From the NCBI GenBank assembly GCA_016875475.1, contig VGRB01000002.1, forward strand, positions 1 through 44,995: a stretch of 44,995 bases of DNA. The letters run 5' to 3'. The translations under genes and the position numbers were made by a program. The notes under the pieces are model-generated. The model was not told where the DNA came from, made no database searches, and saw only the letters and a list, made by a program, of their open reading frames with translations. Below, piece by piece: positions 44,962-44,995 of the stretch. The first letter of the stretch is position 1. Each line of letters starts with the position of its first letter. The DNA comes from Deltaproteobacteria bacterium. GTDB taxonomy: Bacteria > Myxococcota_A > UBA9042 > DTJE01.

Positions 44962-44995
44962 TGGGGGCGCTCGACGGGATCGGATCCCAGGTTCC

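Noticed and set aside
44961-44995. Possible start of a further gene (ATGGGGGCGCTCGAC...) overlapping the carbamoyltransferase stop (TGATG).
   Set aside because: Only 11 codons are visible. That is too little to support a feature call, although the overlap suggests the operon continues.

Overview
Very GC-rich bacterial chromosomal segment (well above 65% GC by eye, with strong GC3 bias in real genes). About 40 genes are tightly packed, many joined by ATGA, GTGA or TGATG start/stop overlaps. Sigma54-type promoters, a type IV pilin, TonB/ExbD-like genes, a giant Cys-rich lipoprotein and proteins with Pro/Ala/Lys tails suggest a Myxococcota-like organism; this is inference only. All product calls come from motif recognition by eye, because no BLAST or HMM search was possible. 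Order of content: acyl-CoA synthetase tail, beta-lactamase-like hydrolase, orphan Phd/YefM antitoxin, decayed VIT-vWA gene, histidine kinase, SpoIID-like protein, APC permease, glnB-glnA, and a ~930-nt non-coding stretch with repeat arrays. Next come a sigma54-driven pilin, then a sugar module (GH4, DegT aminotransferase, Gfo/Idh/MocA oxidoreductase, GT-C-like membrane protein). These are followed by a sigma-region-4-like protein, a coiled-coil protein with a basic tail, an 863-aa lipoprotein built of 17 eight-cysteine modules, and gap. An exbD/TonB-like/peptidase-MA/Cys-motif operon sits divergent from a PqqD-like+YkgJ fusion. After that come PP2C, TldD, NUDIX, a Zn-ribbon protein, a triple-repeat protein and a four-subunit 2-oxoacid:ferredoxin oxidoreductase. 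The window ends with a B12-radical-SAM operon containing two membrane proteins, divergent from DegT-like and carbamoyltransferase genes. The most notable observations are: (1) a dispersed family of GGG-YWC hexamer arrays (G-quadruplex-competent) at 8 or more sites, several fused to ribosome-binding sites; (2) the 17x8-Cys lipoprotein; (3) a textbook sigma54 promoter plus phased 46-bp upstream repeats for an orphan pilin; (4) two uncharacterised envelope operons. No rRNA, tRNA, CRISPR array or transposase was recognised.
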